DNA of 64,000 nucleotides from Octopus bimaculoides (lineage: Eukaryota), in assembly GCF_001194135.2 (NCBI RefSeq), contig NC_068983.1, forward strand, positions 109,764,401 through 109,828,400, in the 5' to 3' direction. Positions within the stretch are counted from its first letter, which is position 1. Every line of letters starts with the position of its first letter. The translations under genes were made by a program, and so were the position numbers. This document shows, in pieces, positions 51,812 through 64,000 of this stretch. The notes under the pieces are model-generated. The model had not been told where the DNA came from, made no database searches, and was given only the letters and a program-made list of their open reading frames with translations.

Positions 51812-52250
51812 CATCATCATCCTCATCATCATTTAACGTCTGTTTTCCATGCTAGCATGGGTTGGACGGTTCGACCAGGGTCTGGGAAGCCAGGAGGCTG
51901 CACCAGGCTCCATTCTGATCTGGCAGTGTTTCTACAGCTAGATGCCCTTCCTAACGCCAACTACGTGAGTGTAGAGGATGCTTTTTACATGCCACTGGCA
52001 CAGGGGCAAGAGAGGGCTGGTAACGGCCACGATCAGTTGGTGCTTTTTATGTGCCACCGGCATGGAAGCCAGTCTAGGTGGCACTGGCATCGGCCACATT
52101 TGGATGGTGCTTTTTACATGCCACTGGCACGGGTATCACAACTACAATTTCCATTTGATTTTCATTTTGATGTTTATGTACTTGACTCAATAGGTCTCTT
52201 CGAGCACAGCAGGTTGCCCTACAATCCAAGGTACTTTTGAATGGGCTGGG
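51812..52250 (-). mobile_element. Family B repeat, long form (RTE 3' UTR-like)
   Basis: Colinear in reverse with 4130-4578, including gtgccactggcac sub-repeats. Confidence 0.85.
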
Positions 52251-54600
52251 GCTGGTTACGCAAAACCGGGGTGGTTTATACAGGGATGATGCCTTATTCA
52301 TCACCCCTAGTAACAATNNNNNNNNNNGGCTGGGGCTGGTTACGCAAAACCGGGGTGGTTTATACAGGGATGATGCCTTATTCATCACCCCTAGTAACAA
52401 TAAATCAATCATTGAAAGAATGAGAAAGAAAATTAGAAAATGTTTAAGAAGCTTCAACTTAAGTATTATATATGAATATGGTACTAAGATAGTAAATTTT
52501 TTGGACACTACTCTAAACATAGACTTTAAATTGTACTATCCCTATAGAAAAGAGAACAAGGTTACAATGTATGTGAATAAATTATCTAATCACACACCCC
52601 TCCCGAATGTATTAAAATCAATGGTAAAAGGTATTTCTGATAGAATTTGTAAGCTATCTTCAAATATTGATATTTTTAATTCCCATTCATAACACTACAA
52701 TGTTGCTTTGTCTAAAGCGGGATATGACTGGAAAATTTATTTCCTCAGTCCTGGAAGGCCGAGTCATTTTTATAGAGAAATTAATAATGATGTTAGTAAT
52801 AGTTAGTCTACTAACTTAATCAGTGGTGATGAAATACTAAATGAAAGACCATCCTACATACCTAATATTTTAAGTAATAAGGAAAATAATAGAGTACATT
52901 TTGATAGGAGACTACATACTAATACTAGCAGAAGACCTAGGTTAGATAAAAGTAATGGCAATGTAAATGATATAGTTACTCTACAAAATAATAAGGATTC
53001 CACAAAAAAATATGCAAAACTATAAATCATAATATTGTCCTAGAGAATAATAGTAATCAAAAGGTATCCTGTACTTACTTACACAATAAATTTAAAAGTA
53101 AAAATCCTGTCTGGCTCAATATCCCTTTCAAACATGCAGTATCCACAAATATATACAAAAAATTTATGGCTATTTTACAAAAAAATTTCCCTTCTTCCAA
53201 CAGATATTTTAGAATCCTTTCATCTAATACAGTCTGAATCTCATACTCAACCCTCCCTAATATAGGTACAATCATAGCTAGGTTAAATAGAAGGAACATA
53301 AGATTAGCCAGAATCATTGAAAATAAGAATGGTGGTAATAGTTATAGAAATGTCAATAATAATTTAATCAATGTCAATAATAACATTACCAATAATTATA
53401 GAAATGGAAGTGGAAATAACAATGACAATAGCAATTATGAAGGTAACAGCAATATCCTTAGTCTTGTCAACCATAACTTAAACTAACATAATGAATATAG
53501 TGGTATTGATGCTGGAAGTACAATTGAAATAAATAGTAGTAGCACCTCTACTGATAATAATGTGAATTATGGGTCTAGTTCATATATGGAATTAGAAAAT
53601 ATTAGTATGCCTGATCCTGCGAGAATGATTCTATCTGATTGCATGATGGAAATGGAGTTAGATAGTAACAGAAGTGATCATAATGAGCCTGATAACAGAA
53701 TTAATAATAGGGGAAATAATATTAATGTGAATAATTGTAACAACAATAATTTTAATCTTAGAAATAATATTAGTGTTGTTGATATTTCCACTAGTTGCAA
53801 TTGTAGAAATAAGTCCCGTTATCCATTATTAGGTCGATGTCTCACTAGAAACGTAGTATATAAATGCACAATAAGTACTATAACTGATAATGATATTTAC
53901 TTGGGGTGTACGATTAATTTGAAACAGCATATATATAACCACCTGTCATCTTTTAGACTTAAACATAAGGCAAATTGTATGTCGTTATCAAATAAAATTT
54001 GGGAATTAAAGGAAAGTGGTACCAGTTTTGGCCTTAAATGGGAAATTATAAGAAAAGCCCATCCTTGTAGAAATAGCAGATATGGATGTGAACTATGTTC
54101 CATGGAAACATATGAAATTTTTAGACTTAGAAACAATTCTAACCTGATTAATAACAGATTAGACCTTAGAGTATTGTGTACCCTGTTCCACTCACACTTT
54201 TAGATATTTTAAAAAGTAGCAAACTTATATAGTGTGGTATTTTAACTCTACCATGTTTATCTTAGGCTATAATTAGTACATATTTAAATTGAAATTGAAC
54301 TTTTCTAGTATATTTTTGATCTCTCACCTTAATGTATAATCTTCCTGTGAAAACTAAAATTTTAACTTTATCCATGGATGGTATATGGTTTTACATATGT
54401 GTGTATATGTGTGTGTGACTGAACACTATTCAATTTTTTTTTTTCTCCGTGTTTTTCTCCTTGTCTCCGTATTCTTTCTGTTGAAGAGCGTAGCTCGAAA
54501 CGTCAAAGACTTTCCGTATTCCCGAGCGTCATACTAATACATCCTTTTGTTATTTACACCACCTGTCCTCGTCTGTTGTTGTTGTTTCATACATTCTCCC
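52250..54600 (+). mobile_element. Penelope-like element: RT C-terminal half, linker, Cys motif and GIY-YIG endonuclease, 3' region; 5'-truncated and inactivated
   Basis: GLYRDDAL, VNFLDTTLN, YVNKLSNH, ISYSTLPNIGTII, CNCRNKSRYPLLGRCLTRNVVYKC...YLGCT, C-terminal CELC...E; in-frame stops. Confidence 0.92.
54473..54509 (+). ncRNA. Minimal type I hammerhead-like ribozyme with variant core
   Basis: TCTTT-CTGTTGA-A-GAGCgtaGCTC-GAAACGTC-AAAGA: stem I TCTTT/AAAGA, palindromic ACGT stem III, GUC triplet. Confidence 0.55.
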
Positions 54601-57305
54601 TCCTCTATATATATATGTATATATGTATACATATATATGTATATATGTATATATCAGGTCAACCCATAAGTTCTGTCCGAATTTTGCATGGAATCAAGTA
54701 CCCTGACCTCCTAATATGCTGCAAATCCCTTATTTTGGTTCAGAAAAAAATGAGTGGGGGGGGTACTCCCCTCCCCAATCTCGGAATCATTGGAAATTTC
54801 TTTTTCGTTGAATAAATTCCTGTGACCTCCTAATATTGCAAAATTAGGTTACTTAAGGTGAGCCTGGTAACTGATGGTTTTGGGGTCTTGTTTGTAACTT
54901 TTGGTGAACCATGGTGCAACTAACAACATGGTAAAAATCCCTGTCATTAACTTGGTGTGGATGGGTAATATCAAATAATTAAATAACAACATATATTTGA
55001 ATTAGACATGAAAAAAATTGAAATATTATCATCACTTACATGGAAAAATTGAAATATCTTTCAGTATTTTATAAGGTAAAATCTTTAATTATTAATTAAC
55101 ACATTATTATCTTATAACAGCAGTGCAATGTGTACTTGAGCAAATGACTTTCTTCCAAGTTACTCCAGTACATCCAGCTGTATAATGAGTTCGAACAACT
55201 ACTGGGAAGTTAACCATGTTGCAGAGTGGGGAGTATTATAATCTCAGTCATTTATATGAGAAGCGGGTTAAGCTCTTGCTTTATAAGTGCTAGGATTTGT
55301 AACACACCTAAGCATTGTTATGGTATTGTTTTAAACCATGCTGCCAAAACAATTAAGACTTGCTAATATATAAGAAGATATTTCCATCATATCACTTGAT
55401 TATTTATTTTATTAAATTTTTATTGTCCACTTTTCCCTGCCTGCTTGGGTTGGAAAAAATTCATTGAGGCAGACTTTCCACTACTGATGCCCTTCTCATC
55501 AACAAGCATCACTTGTTTTCAAGCAAGGGACTATTCCTCTATGGCCATATATGTTTGCCTTTCTAATTTGGAAATGAATAGTATCGCTTGTCAGATAGTG
55601 ATGCTTGTTTACAATTATGTGGTGAGAAGACAAGGGATACACTCAAGCACACACACACACACACATATATATGACAGGCTTCTTTAAGCTTCAGTCTAGT
55701 AGATTCACCCATAAGACTTTGATTTGCTTGGTGCTTCTCCTGAGTACAATGCATTAAGACTGAACCTAAAACCACATGGCTGGAAAGCAAGCTTCTTAAA
55801 GATGTAGCCAGGCCTGTACCTATACACAGCTATTCCTAGATCAACCATTTTGAAGAGGAATAATGCTTTGTTTTGTGGCCTTTTTATTTCAGCACATATC
55901 TATCTTTTGGAATTCTTTGTTTTCATTGCTGTTCTCTACACAGCGTCTAATAAATCTCATATGTTTATGTTAAACTAATTTAAACGTTTGCTATGAGGCA
56001 AGTTCTGCTTTGCCTAAACTATATTCCTGCTATTCCAACAATAAATCAATGAAAGTCAATATAACCCATCTTAACTATAGTGAATTTGTGCCTAGCCAAA
56101 AGGAATTGTAATCTAACTAGCCCATGCATTCTTCAGTAGAATTCTGAGAATACATTCTTTTCTTATGCAATATGTATTAACTGCAAATTGTTAAAATTAT
56201 TTGGCATGACTATGTTTCAGAATTTCCCTTCACAGCAATATAGTTTCTGCTTTTGTCACACCACAGACCATCTTGTGCTGTAACCTTGAGCTGACTAATA
56301 ATACTTTGTGAATGAATTTTGGTAGAAAAACATTTTGGAAGCCAGCTTTTATTTCTCTTTGCCCATCTTAATTTTGATGCCACTTAACAAAAAACTGGCG
56401 CTTTTTCTTTATGTTCTGTAACATAGTCGTTTATCAAATAGAGCTGGACAAAATAACAGTTTTAAAAATTAGTTTTGGGTTTGATGAGTAATTAAACTGT
56501 TGATTGTAGTGCCTCAATATGGCCAAAACAAGTAAAGGAATAAAAGTATAAATGTGCAATATTCTGGCCTAAATATTTGGCATTTATGAATCAATTTATT
56601 GTTGTGTTATTTATGTGTGCTTGCTGTGAACATGCACTAACAGGAGCATGTGTACTCACAAAATAATTCTTTATTATATTGATTATATAATTAATTGATT
56701 ATGTTCAACTCCAAACAAAATTCTTCAGAAAGTATTAATTTGATAATCATTCACAATATTTTTGGAAGATTATTTTTATTCAACTTACTGTTTTATCTGA
56801 AAGAGAATCTACAATTAATTTCTTCACTATTATTGTTTCATTTCAATAAATCTTATATTTTGTTTTAGTTATAAAACATCTCTTATAAATTATGGGCCTT
56901 TCTAAAAGTCCTTTTGATAGTACTTTTGGAATAGACTTTTATTTTTCAGAATTAGTCATAAAATGCAACAACAGAAAAATACTTATTTTTTAAATAATTT
57001 TTAGAGAGATTAAATTTTGAGCTAATCTATTTATTTTAGAATACTTCAGTCTGTTTTTTTTTTTTTGATCATTTTATTTGTCAACATATAAGACAAATAT
57101 ATTTTGTGGAATAACAAATTTGGTGTTTCATCATATACTTATTCAAAGATATTTTAAAGTGGTTTTTATAGGAAGAAAATGTATGACTCTGTGCATGTAA
57201 ATGCAATATTGTGACAGTAGAGTGGAATAAATTATGAAATCGTAAAATTTTTCCTAAATATACAATAGTATGGGTGTTCTGTATTTCATTTTTATCTTCT
57301 TTCAG

Positions 57306-57445
57306 ATCAGCTGTATAGTTGTTTATAATTTTGATCATGAGGATTACTACAGAAGATGTAAAACTCCTCTTTCTGACTGTGATGTTTTGTGTAACTGTGA
57401 TTGGCCTCCAGGGTTGCACACCACTGCTAGTTTTGCTATCCACTT
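57306..57445 (+). CDS. Candidate exon with ATG at 57337 and hydrophobic signal or TM peptide (MRITTEDVKLLFLTVMFCVTVIGLQGCTP...)
   Basis: Very strong acceptor atttttatcttctttcag|; donor CTT|GTAAAT; reading frame is ambiguous. Confidence 0.35.
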
Positions 57446-57929
57446 GTAAATAGCTGATAGGGAGATCAAAATTTATCATTCTTTTCATCTTTCAAGAAGT
57501 TTTCTTTTAGATAATTAAATGACAATACCAAAAAATAAATAATAAATAAAAAAACCAAGACAGAAGGGAAAAAAATTGTAACTTTGTTATTGATTTAGAG
57601 TATGCTCTACATCACTATCGATGAAGTGAAATAAATGTAAAACGAATGGAAGATACAAAACTGAAGTGAAAATGACAAGATGGAGCTTTATTTACATGAA
57701 ATAAAAGAAAATAAAGGCTGAATCAAACCAATACATTGCTTATAGGAAACCATGCTGAGTAGTATATAAACTGATGGACAATTGTATAACTATGCATATA
57801 GGTATATGAATGTATGTGTGTGTTAATAGATGTGTGTGTGTGTATATGTGTACATGTATACGAGTATATAAATATATGCGCGTAGATGTATATATGAATT
57901 TTTATGGAAGCACTGTGCGGTGCCTTGTA

Positions 57930-58140
57930 TAAGCGTTTGTGTGGTACCACATAAAAGCACCCATGCAGTGCTGTGTAAAAGCACCCAGCACACTCTGTAA
58001 AGTGGCTGGCATTAGGAAGGGCATCCAGCCATAGAAACCGTGCCAAATCAGACTGGAGCCTGGTGCAGCTCTCCAACTTACCGGCTGTGGTCAAACCATC
58101 CAACCTCTGCCAGTATGGACAATGAAATGGTAATGATGCA
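57930..58140 (+). mobile_element. Family B repeat
   Basis: aaagcaccc...ggcattaggaagggcatccagcc...caaaccatccaacc. Confidence 0.8.
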
Positions 58141-58249
58141 TATACGTGTATGCATGTATATGCATTTGTATGTGTCTGTATGCATTCGTATATGTATGTC
58201 TATATTTATATAATGTCACTGTATCAACCAGACTATAAAATGTTGTTAC

Positions 58250-58790
58250 ACATTGCTTGTTACAGTGCTCTTAGAATTCTTTCTTGATTGCATCATAATT
58301 TTCCATCTTGTTCCATATCACTTAACTAAATCTTTTTTCCTTCCTCATGGAGCCTTTGAAATGGCCTTTTCCAGTCCCTTGGATATCACTTGGTAACTGC
58401 AGGGTCCACCTCTTGTCTGTGAACCTTCCAACTTGACCAGTACAATGGAACTTGTGCTTTCAAGATTCTGAAATTACATTGTTTTCACCACTCCATTCTT
58501 GAATTATCTCATTTTGAATATATTCCTGTAATGATATTCTTAACATGGATTTTTTCATGGCCCTTAGCATTGTAACTAACTAATGTTCTTCCCTCTTTGT
58601 AGTAGCCCTATTTGTAGGGCTTTGTTGTTGCCTATATTTCACTTGTTTGTAAGAGAACAAGTAGAATGGTGCTATTGAAGAGTTTAGCATATATAGTCTT
58701 GTCCATCTTTGTTTTGAGCACATCCTTTAAGATAAACATCTTCCATCTTGCCCTTACTCTCAAACATAGCTGGGAAATAATGAAATTGAC
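58250..58790 (-). mobile_element. Decayed RTE-type LINE C-terminal fragment
   Basis: Reverse translation includes RAMKKSMLRISLQEYIQNEII (cf. RAMERSMLRISLREHIRNE). Confidence 0.55.
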
Positions 58791-58925
58791 ACGGGAGGTA
58801 TGTAGGGCACACAGTGAATATTCACTGAGATATGGATACTAAAACCTTAGAGAGAATATGTGCAAGATAATTTGAAAATCATTCACAATATTTTTGGAAG
58901 ATTGTTTTTATTCAACTCTCCATTT

Positions 58926-58965
<40 letters not shown>

Positions 58966-59306
58966 CGTGTGTGCCCTCATCATACACATCACCATTTAAT
59001 ATCCACTTTCCATGCTGGCATGTTTAGGTCTGTTTGACAGGAAACTGGCCAGCTATTGGGCTGTGCTGAACTCTGTCATTTTTTATATGGTTTCTACATC
59101 TGGACACCCTTCCTAACTCTTACAAATTTACAGTGTAGTGGGTGCATTTTTCTGTGCCACCGGCACTTTTGAGGTTGCCATGTCACTAGAAAAACAGAAG
59201 AACAGAGAGGGAAAGGGAGGACAAAGCTCCTACTACTAAGAAGTATTTGTTGGTGAGTGGCTGTATGCTAGGTGTATATACTTGTGTGTGTATGTATGTA
59301 TGTATG

Positions 59307-59356
<50 letters not shown>

Positions 59357-59985
59357 CATATATATGTATGTGTATATATATATATATATATATCAAAAAC
59401 TCAACTAATGGAAATATTACAAAAGCATAAAAAACAGAAACTACATAACTTATTCCTTATCAATGTCCAAAAGATCATTACAATTTCGTGCCTTTAATGT
59501 TGATATTGTTTACTCATGGTGGTGCCAGAGGCAAAAAGCCACTGGGAATAGCTAACCAATGTACAGAGCTAGCAAGTTTGCTGCCCACCCATAAGGTTTT
59601 GAGTTTAATCCCACTGTATGGTAGCTTTGAGCAGGTGTCTTCTACTGTAGCCTTAGGCTAATCTAAGCCATCTGAGTGGATATAGTAGACAAGAACTGAA
59701 AAATGTGCATATATATATGTGTGTGTGTGTGTGAGTTTATATCCTCCTTGCCTTGACATCACATGATAGCCATAAATGAGCATCATTGACAGAAGATACA
59801 GTGTTATTTTAGGATTTCATAAGAAAAAATTATTCATTCACGAGGAAATATCTACTTGCTTGGAAACAATTATCATTTAATGATAGGAAGAGCATGTAAT
59901 TGTAGAAAAATCTTTGTCAACCAATTCCGTCTAACCTAGGCAGGCATGGAAATATGAGCTTTAAAACAATGATGACTTGTATATC

Positions 59986-60056
<71 letters not shown>

Positions 60057-60057
60057 T

Positions 60058-60212
60058 CATCATCATCATCATCATCATCATCGTTTAACGTCCGCTTTCC
60101 ATGCTAGCATGGGTTGGACGATTTGACTGAGGACTGGTGAAACCGGATGGCAACACCAGCCTCCAATCTGATTTGGCAGAGTTTCTACAGCTGGATGCCC
60201 TTCTCTGCCAAA
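60058..60212 (-). mobile_element. Family B repeat (young-looking copy) with (CAT)n tail
   Basis: (cat)n-cgtttaacgtccgctttccatgctagcatgggttggacg. Confidence 0.9.
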
Positions 60213-60224
60213 TCATATTTGTAT

Positions 60225-60261
<37 letters not shown>

Positions 60262-60349
60262 CGCACGCGCGCACACACACACACATAGGATAATAAAACG
60301 AACGGTTTACACCTGGTCGCTTACTGGTAAAACATGGTCACTTTCACAG

Positions 60350-60505
60350 TGATTGTTATGTATATGGCACATGGAAGATGGAATATACAAGAATTTATTA
60401 TTAATCACAGCAATTGTTTTGACACATCTAGCATCGATCCTTTACAGGTGGGACTCTCAACAAGTGTTTCAGGAGTGTCCGGCAGTGCACATGTATCTTA
60501 TCGGG
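60350..60505 (+). other. Candidate coding exon; one frame gives MEDGIYKNLLLITAIVLTHLASILYRWDSQQVFQECP
   Basis: Acceptor cactttcacag; GC-richer unique sequence; two open frames; not resolvable by eye. Confidence 0.3.
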
Positions 60506-61001
60506 TGATTGACACAACTTGTTAAGATAACAGTTCTGCAATGCATTTTCTCATTTTGTAGAAAGAAAATCAGCAAGATGGAAGAAATATCTTCATTTAC
60601 ATAGAAGATCAAAAATAAAATCACAGATGGAAAAAAGAGAAATGAACACTCAATACAGTGAGAAAAGTATTAAAAATAACCGTTACCAAATTTGGATGTA
60701 TAAATGCCCTCGCACAAGCTGCATGGTGTGTGTAAACTTGCTCATACAAGCATCTGTGAAAAATGTGAGCATATGCACACGTGAGGTTTGGTGCACTCAC
60801 AATCACAAACCGAGTTAAATATCTACTTGGTGTTTATAAAAATGAGGAGGTTAAAAGTAAATTATGTTAACAGTTACCCAAAATTTATTCCTGCTGCATT
60901 GTGCGAAAATATATTTATATGCATGTAGGCATCTCAAGGGTCTTTCAGAAATTCTAGTAAGAATCATACAAACTCGGGTACACATCTATATTTCCGTTGT
61001 G

Positions 61002-61068
<67 letters not shown>

Positions 61069-62739
61069 CATACTTACGTTCACATATGTACGTATGTATA
61101 CTGCATGTGTGTTCACACTTTAAACCTTTACCAGGAAAAATATTGTCACAAAGCATTTCCTTGTTTTTTCATATAAGTTATATTAGATGCTTTCATTAAA
61201 ATAGTGATTGAAAATGGTTGAATGATAGCGTCTTTTAGTGGTGGTTTAGGTTCTCAGATATACATGTGTTTGTATTTGTTTCCAACTGAATGCTATTATT
61301 TTCCCTAGTTCAGTGACTTGAGCTGGGGACCTTTATCTAAAGCAGTAAAATATTTTTAGCAGGGTTTGTACCTTCACATTACATTTTAAGTTTTTTGACA
61401 CAAATGCAACAACATGTGTACATGCACACACATGTTTGCAGATATTCAGGGGAGACTGTTTAATGTCATTTCTTCAGAGAGTTCAGAGATATCGTAACTG
61501 TGTGATCTTTTGATTTGCTATTTCAAAACCAGCTGTCATAGCTTTATAAGTGACTGATTATAGGATGAATCTATTGGAAATATGGGAAATGTTCTACTAT
61601 AACAAACATGCTGAAGTAGTTTTCACTTGACTAGAATAGTGGTAGTTTGTAATTTTACTCCATCAAAAACTAAAATCTTTCTGTAATTTTGGTATGAAAT
61701 TGTTGATTAATTGACGCAGTGACTAATTCTTTGGTGTTTTAATTATAGTGCTGATCATTAAATCATTAACTGCTTGTAAAATAAATTTTAATATTGTATG
61801 ATTACTTGTTAAATTTGCATAAATGTAATCTTATACTGGTTTTCTGTATTTTTTTATGTTTTATTTCAATGTATTTTCCTATACTTAAAGGAAAAATTTC
61901 ATTTTATTTCATCTGATATTTGTCTTTAGCATAATTCACTCTTTGTAATACATGTATATTTTAGATGAAATCTATATAATTCATTTTCACTTTTAATTTG
62001 ATACATCTGATTTCTGTAGCAATATATTTTTATTCATGAAAATCAGACATATTTGTTGATCAGTTTTTCCACTTAGCTATCATTTTCTCATATCAGACTC
62101 TCAGCTATGATGTTGTACCTCTTTTCACCTTAAATAAGTACTGTATTTTATTTGAGCAATCTAGTAGTGTGACTGTGGAAGCTAGGTTGCAGAGTTTTAA
62201 CTTGGAGTAACTGAGAGTTGCTAACCGAGTAACCATCTTAGAGATAGCTAGGTTGCTGAGAGTAAACTAATTTAAAGAGACTGGGTACATAATGAATACT
62301 GATTTAGCTGTGAACCAAAAAATCTCAACAATATCAAAGCAATATATTTGTTCAATAGATTGAGTAGGTAGTCTGTATTGAGTGGTCAAACAAAAAATGT
62401 TTACATAAATTGTTAGCAATATTGAGTTGACTGACCAAAAAGTAAAACTAAAATTGTGCACCAGATATGCAGTGTAATAGCAGTAATTGATTGTATATTA
62501 GGGGCTACTTACTTTGATGACTGACTAGAAATTGTAGATAAATTTAACAATCAAGCTCACTGGTTCTTAAACATGGATGGTAGCACCCTTTGACAACAAT
62601 ACTAACTCACAAGGGGTCGCAGTATTAGGTTTGTACTTACATTTTAAATATATTTTCAAAAAACACCTTTGTCTAAATTGAGAATAGGACATTGTGATAA
62701 AGCAATTAAAAAAAACTTATTAATGAAGCTCTAAGGTTC

Positions 62740-63240
62740 AATAGAATTTTGCTGGTGGCAAATAAAAAGCACCTTTTGAGCGTTGGGCTTCACAGAGGTA
62801 ATGTGACCAATGTCAGTATCATGTAACTAATACTTGTGCTAGTGTCATGCAACTTGAACCTGTGGCAGTGTCGCACAATTAGCACCTGTTCCAGTGTCAT
62901 ACAACTAGCACCTGTGCCAGAGGCTTCAATCATTGTGCCTCATGGATGCAATGATAAATGACAGGTCTTCAGCAACATCCTGTGCTTGAGTAGAAGACTC
63001 ATGAAGTGAAATAGTAGCCATAGCAGATACTGGTGTCATGCAGCTGGCATCTCTGCCGGTGGCACTGAAAAAGCACCCATTACACTCTCAGAATGGTTGG
63101 TGTTAGGAAGGGCATCCAGCCATAGAAGCCATGCCAAATCAAACTGGAGTCAGGCGCAGCTCCTCAGCTGGCCAGCCCTGGTCAAACTGTCCAACACATA
63201 CCAGCATAGACACCAGATGTTAAATGATGATGATGAAATC
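62740..63240 (+). mobile_element. Family B repeat, long form with ~21-bp internal tandem units
   Basis: gtgtcat(g/a)caact.gcacctgt units, then ggtgttaggaagggcatccagcc and a (GAT)n tail. Confidence 0.8.
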
Positions 63241-63892
63241 CTTACCTTTTTTCACACTAGTCTATGGAAAAACCTAAAAAGCGGTAGGCACTGGATGGAT
63301 AATGTAAAAAAATGAATAATGAATTACATTGCAAAATTAAAACTGTCTGATTAGATTGAATTATTGTTTTGTTTTGTTTTTTGCTACTTCTTGCAAAATA
63401 TGGGGAGGGTATTTATAAAATGCCATTCCATGAAAGTGGGCACTAAGTTATAAAATTTTAGAAACACTAACCTAGTTGACATAACCTAGTTTGTGCTAGT
63501 GGAGGTGTTAGTGATAGCTTTGAGAATGGTCGTTCAGAGACACACTGACATGGAATCCATATATACTGAGATGATATGTTGCATTCCAAATTATGTTGAA
63601 ATGGATAAATATTGAAGATGAACATGTCTTGCTTAAAGTTCTAGAGGTGAATTTAATTATTTTGTTTGCTGAATTTTTAGCACAAAATTCAGTCAAATGG
63701 TTTTTTTTTTTCCACTTGAAAATTCAGGAAAAAGGATATTGAAAATAAATTTTTATCCACGTACAACTTTATTCTCTGGGTATATAGGTACACTTTAAAC
63801 TGATGCTTCATTTCATTGAAACTGCAGATTTTTCTATTTTTTTTGGAATGAGCATACATTAATGCTTGGCAATAAAGTTAGCCTATGAAAGC

Positions 63893-64000
63893 AACAAGTT
63901 GGCAGAATCATTAGCACGCCAGGCAAAATGCTTAACAACATTTCATCCATCTTTATGTTCTGAGTTCAAATTCCACCAAGTTCTACTTTGCCTTTCATCT
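63893..64000 (+). mobile_element. SINE family C 5' part, CpG-decayed
   Basis: ggcagaatcattagcacgccaggcaaaatgc...ctgagttcaaattcc. Confidence 0.85.

Noticed and set aside
52244-52401. 74-bp exact tandem duplication in the Penelope RT
   Set aside because: Identical copies flank a 10-N gap, so it is an assembly artefact.
57081-57488. 135-aa minus-strand ORF
   Set aside because: No recognisable motif; most of it is AT-rich intron-like sequence, and the plus strand has much stronger splice signals.

Overview
AT-rich, repeat-dense eukaryotic genomic DNA from a gapped short-read assembly; most N-runs are flanked by (TA)n tracts. The SINE, RTE, CR1 and Penelope families look like those of Octopus (coleoid cephalopod); this is an inference from family recognition, not a database match. 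Mobile elements dominate: a decayed mariner transposase (1.8-2.75 kb), a long but dead CR1-type LINE ORF2 (5.4-8.4 kb), several RTE LINE remnants, two Penelope-like (GIY-YIG) fragments, a piggyBac-type MITE, and at least three SINE or LINE-tail families in dozens of copies. Host-gene signal is fragmentary. There is a candidate two-exon minus-strand gene for a 156-aa type I membrane protein (16777-15705), CpG-rich promoter-like regions at ~17.2 kb and ~29.2 kb, and well-supported in-phase plus-strand exons at 45152-45280, 48500-48835 and 49319-49438 of an unidentified membrane protein with a tandemly duplicated acidic cytoplasmic segment. The most interesting observations are: a variant-core minimal hammerhead-like ribozyme downstream of the Penelope ORF (54473-54509); a pseudoknot-forming element carrying hammerhead core words (30513-30588); the duplicated exon, apparently under purifying selection; a MITE that captured an inverted copy of neighbouring DNA; and CpG-retention domains readable from SINE decay. 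No gene could be named with confidence, and no complete new multi-gene system is supported.
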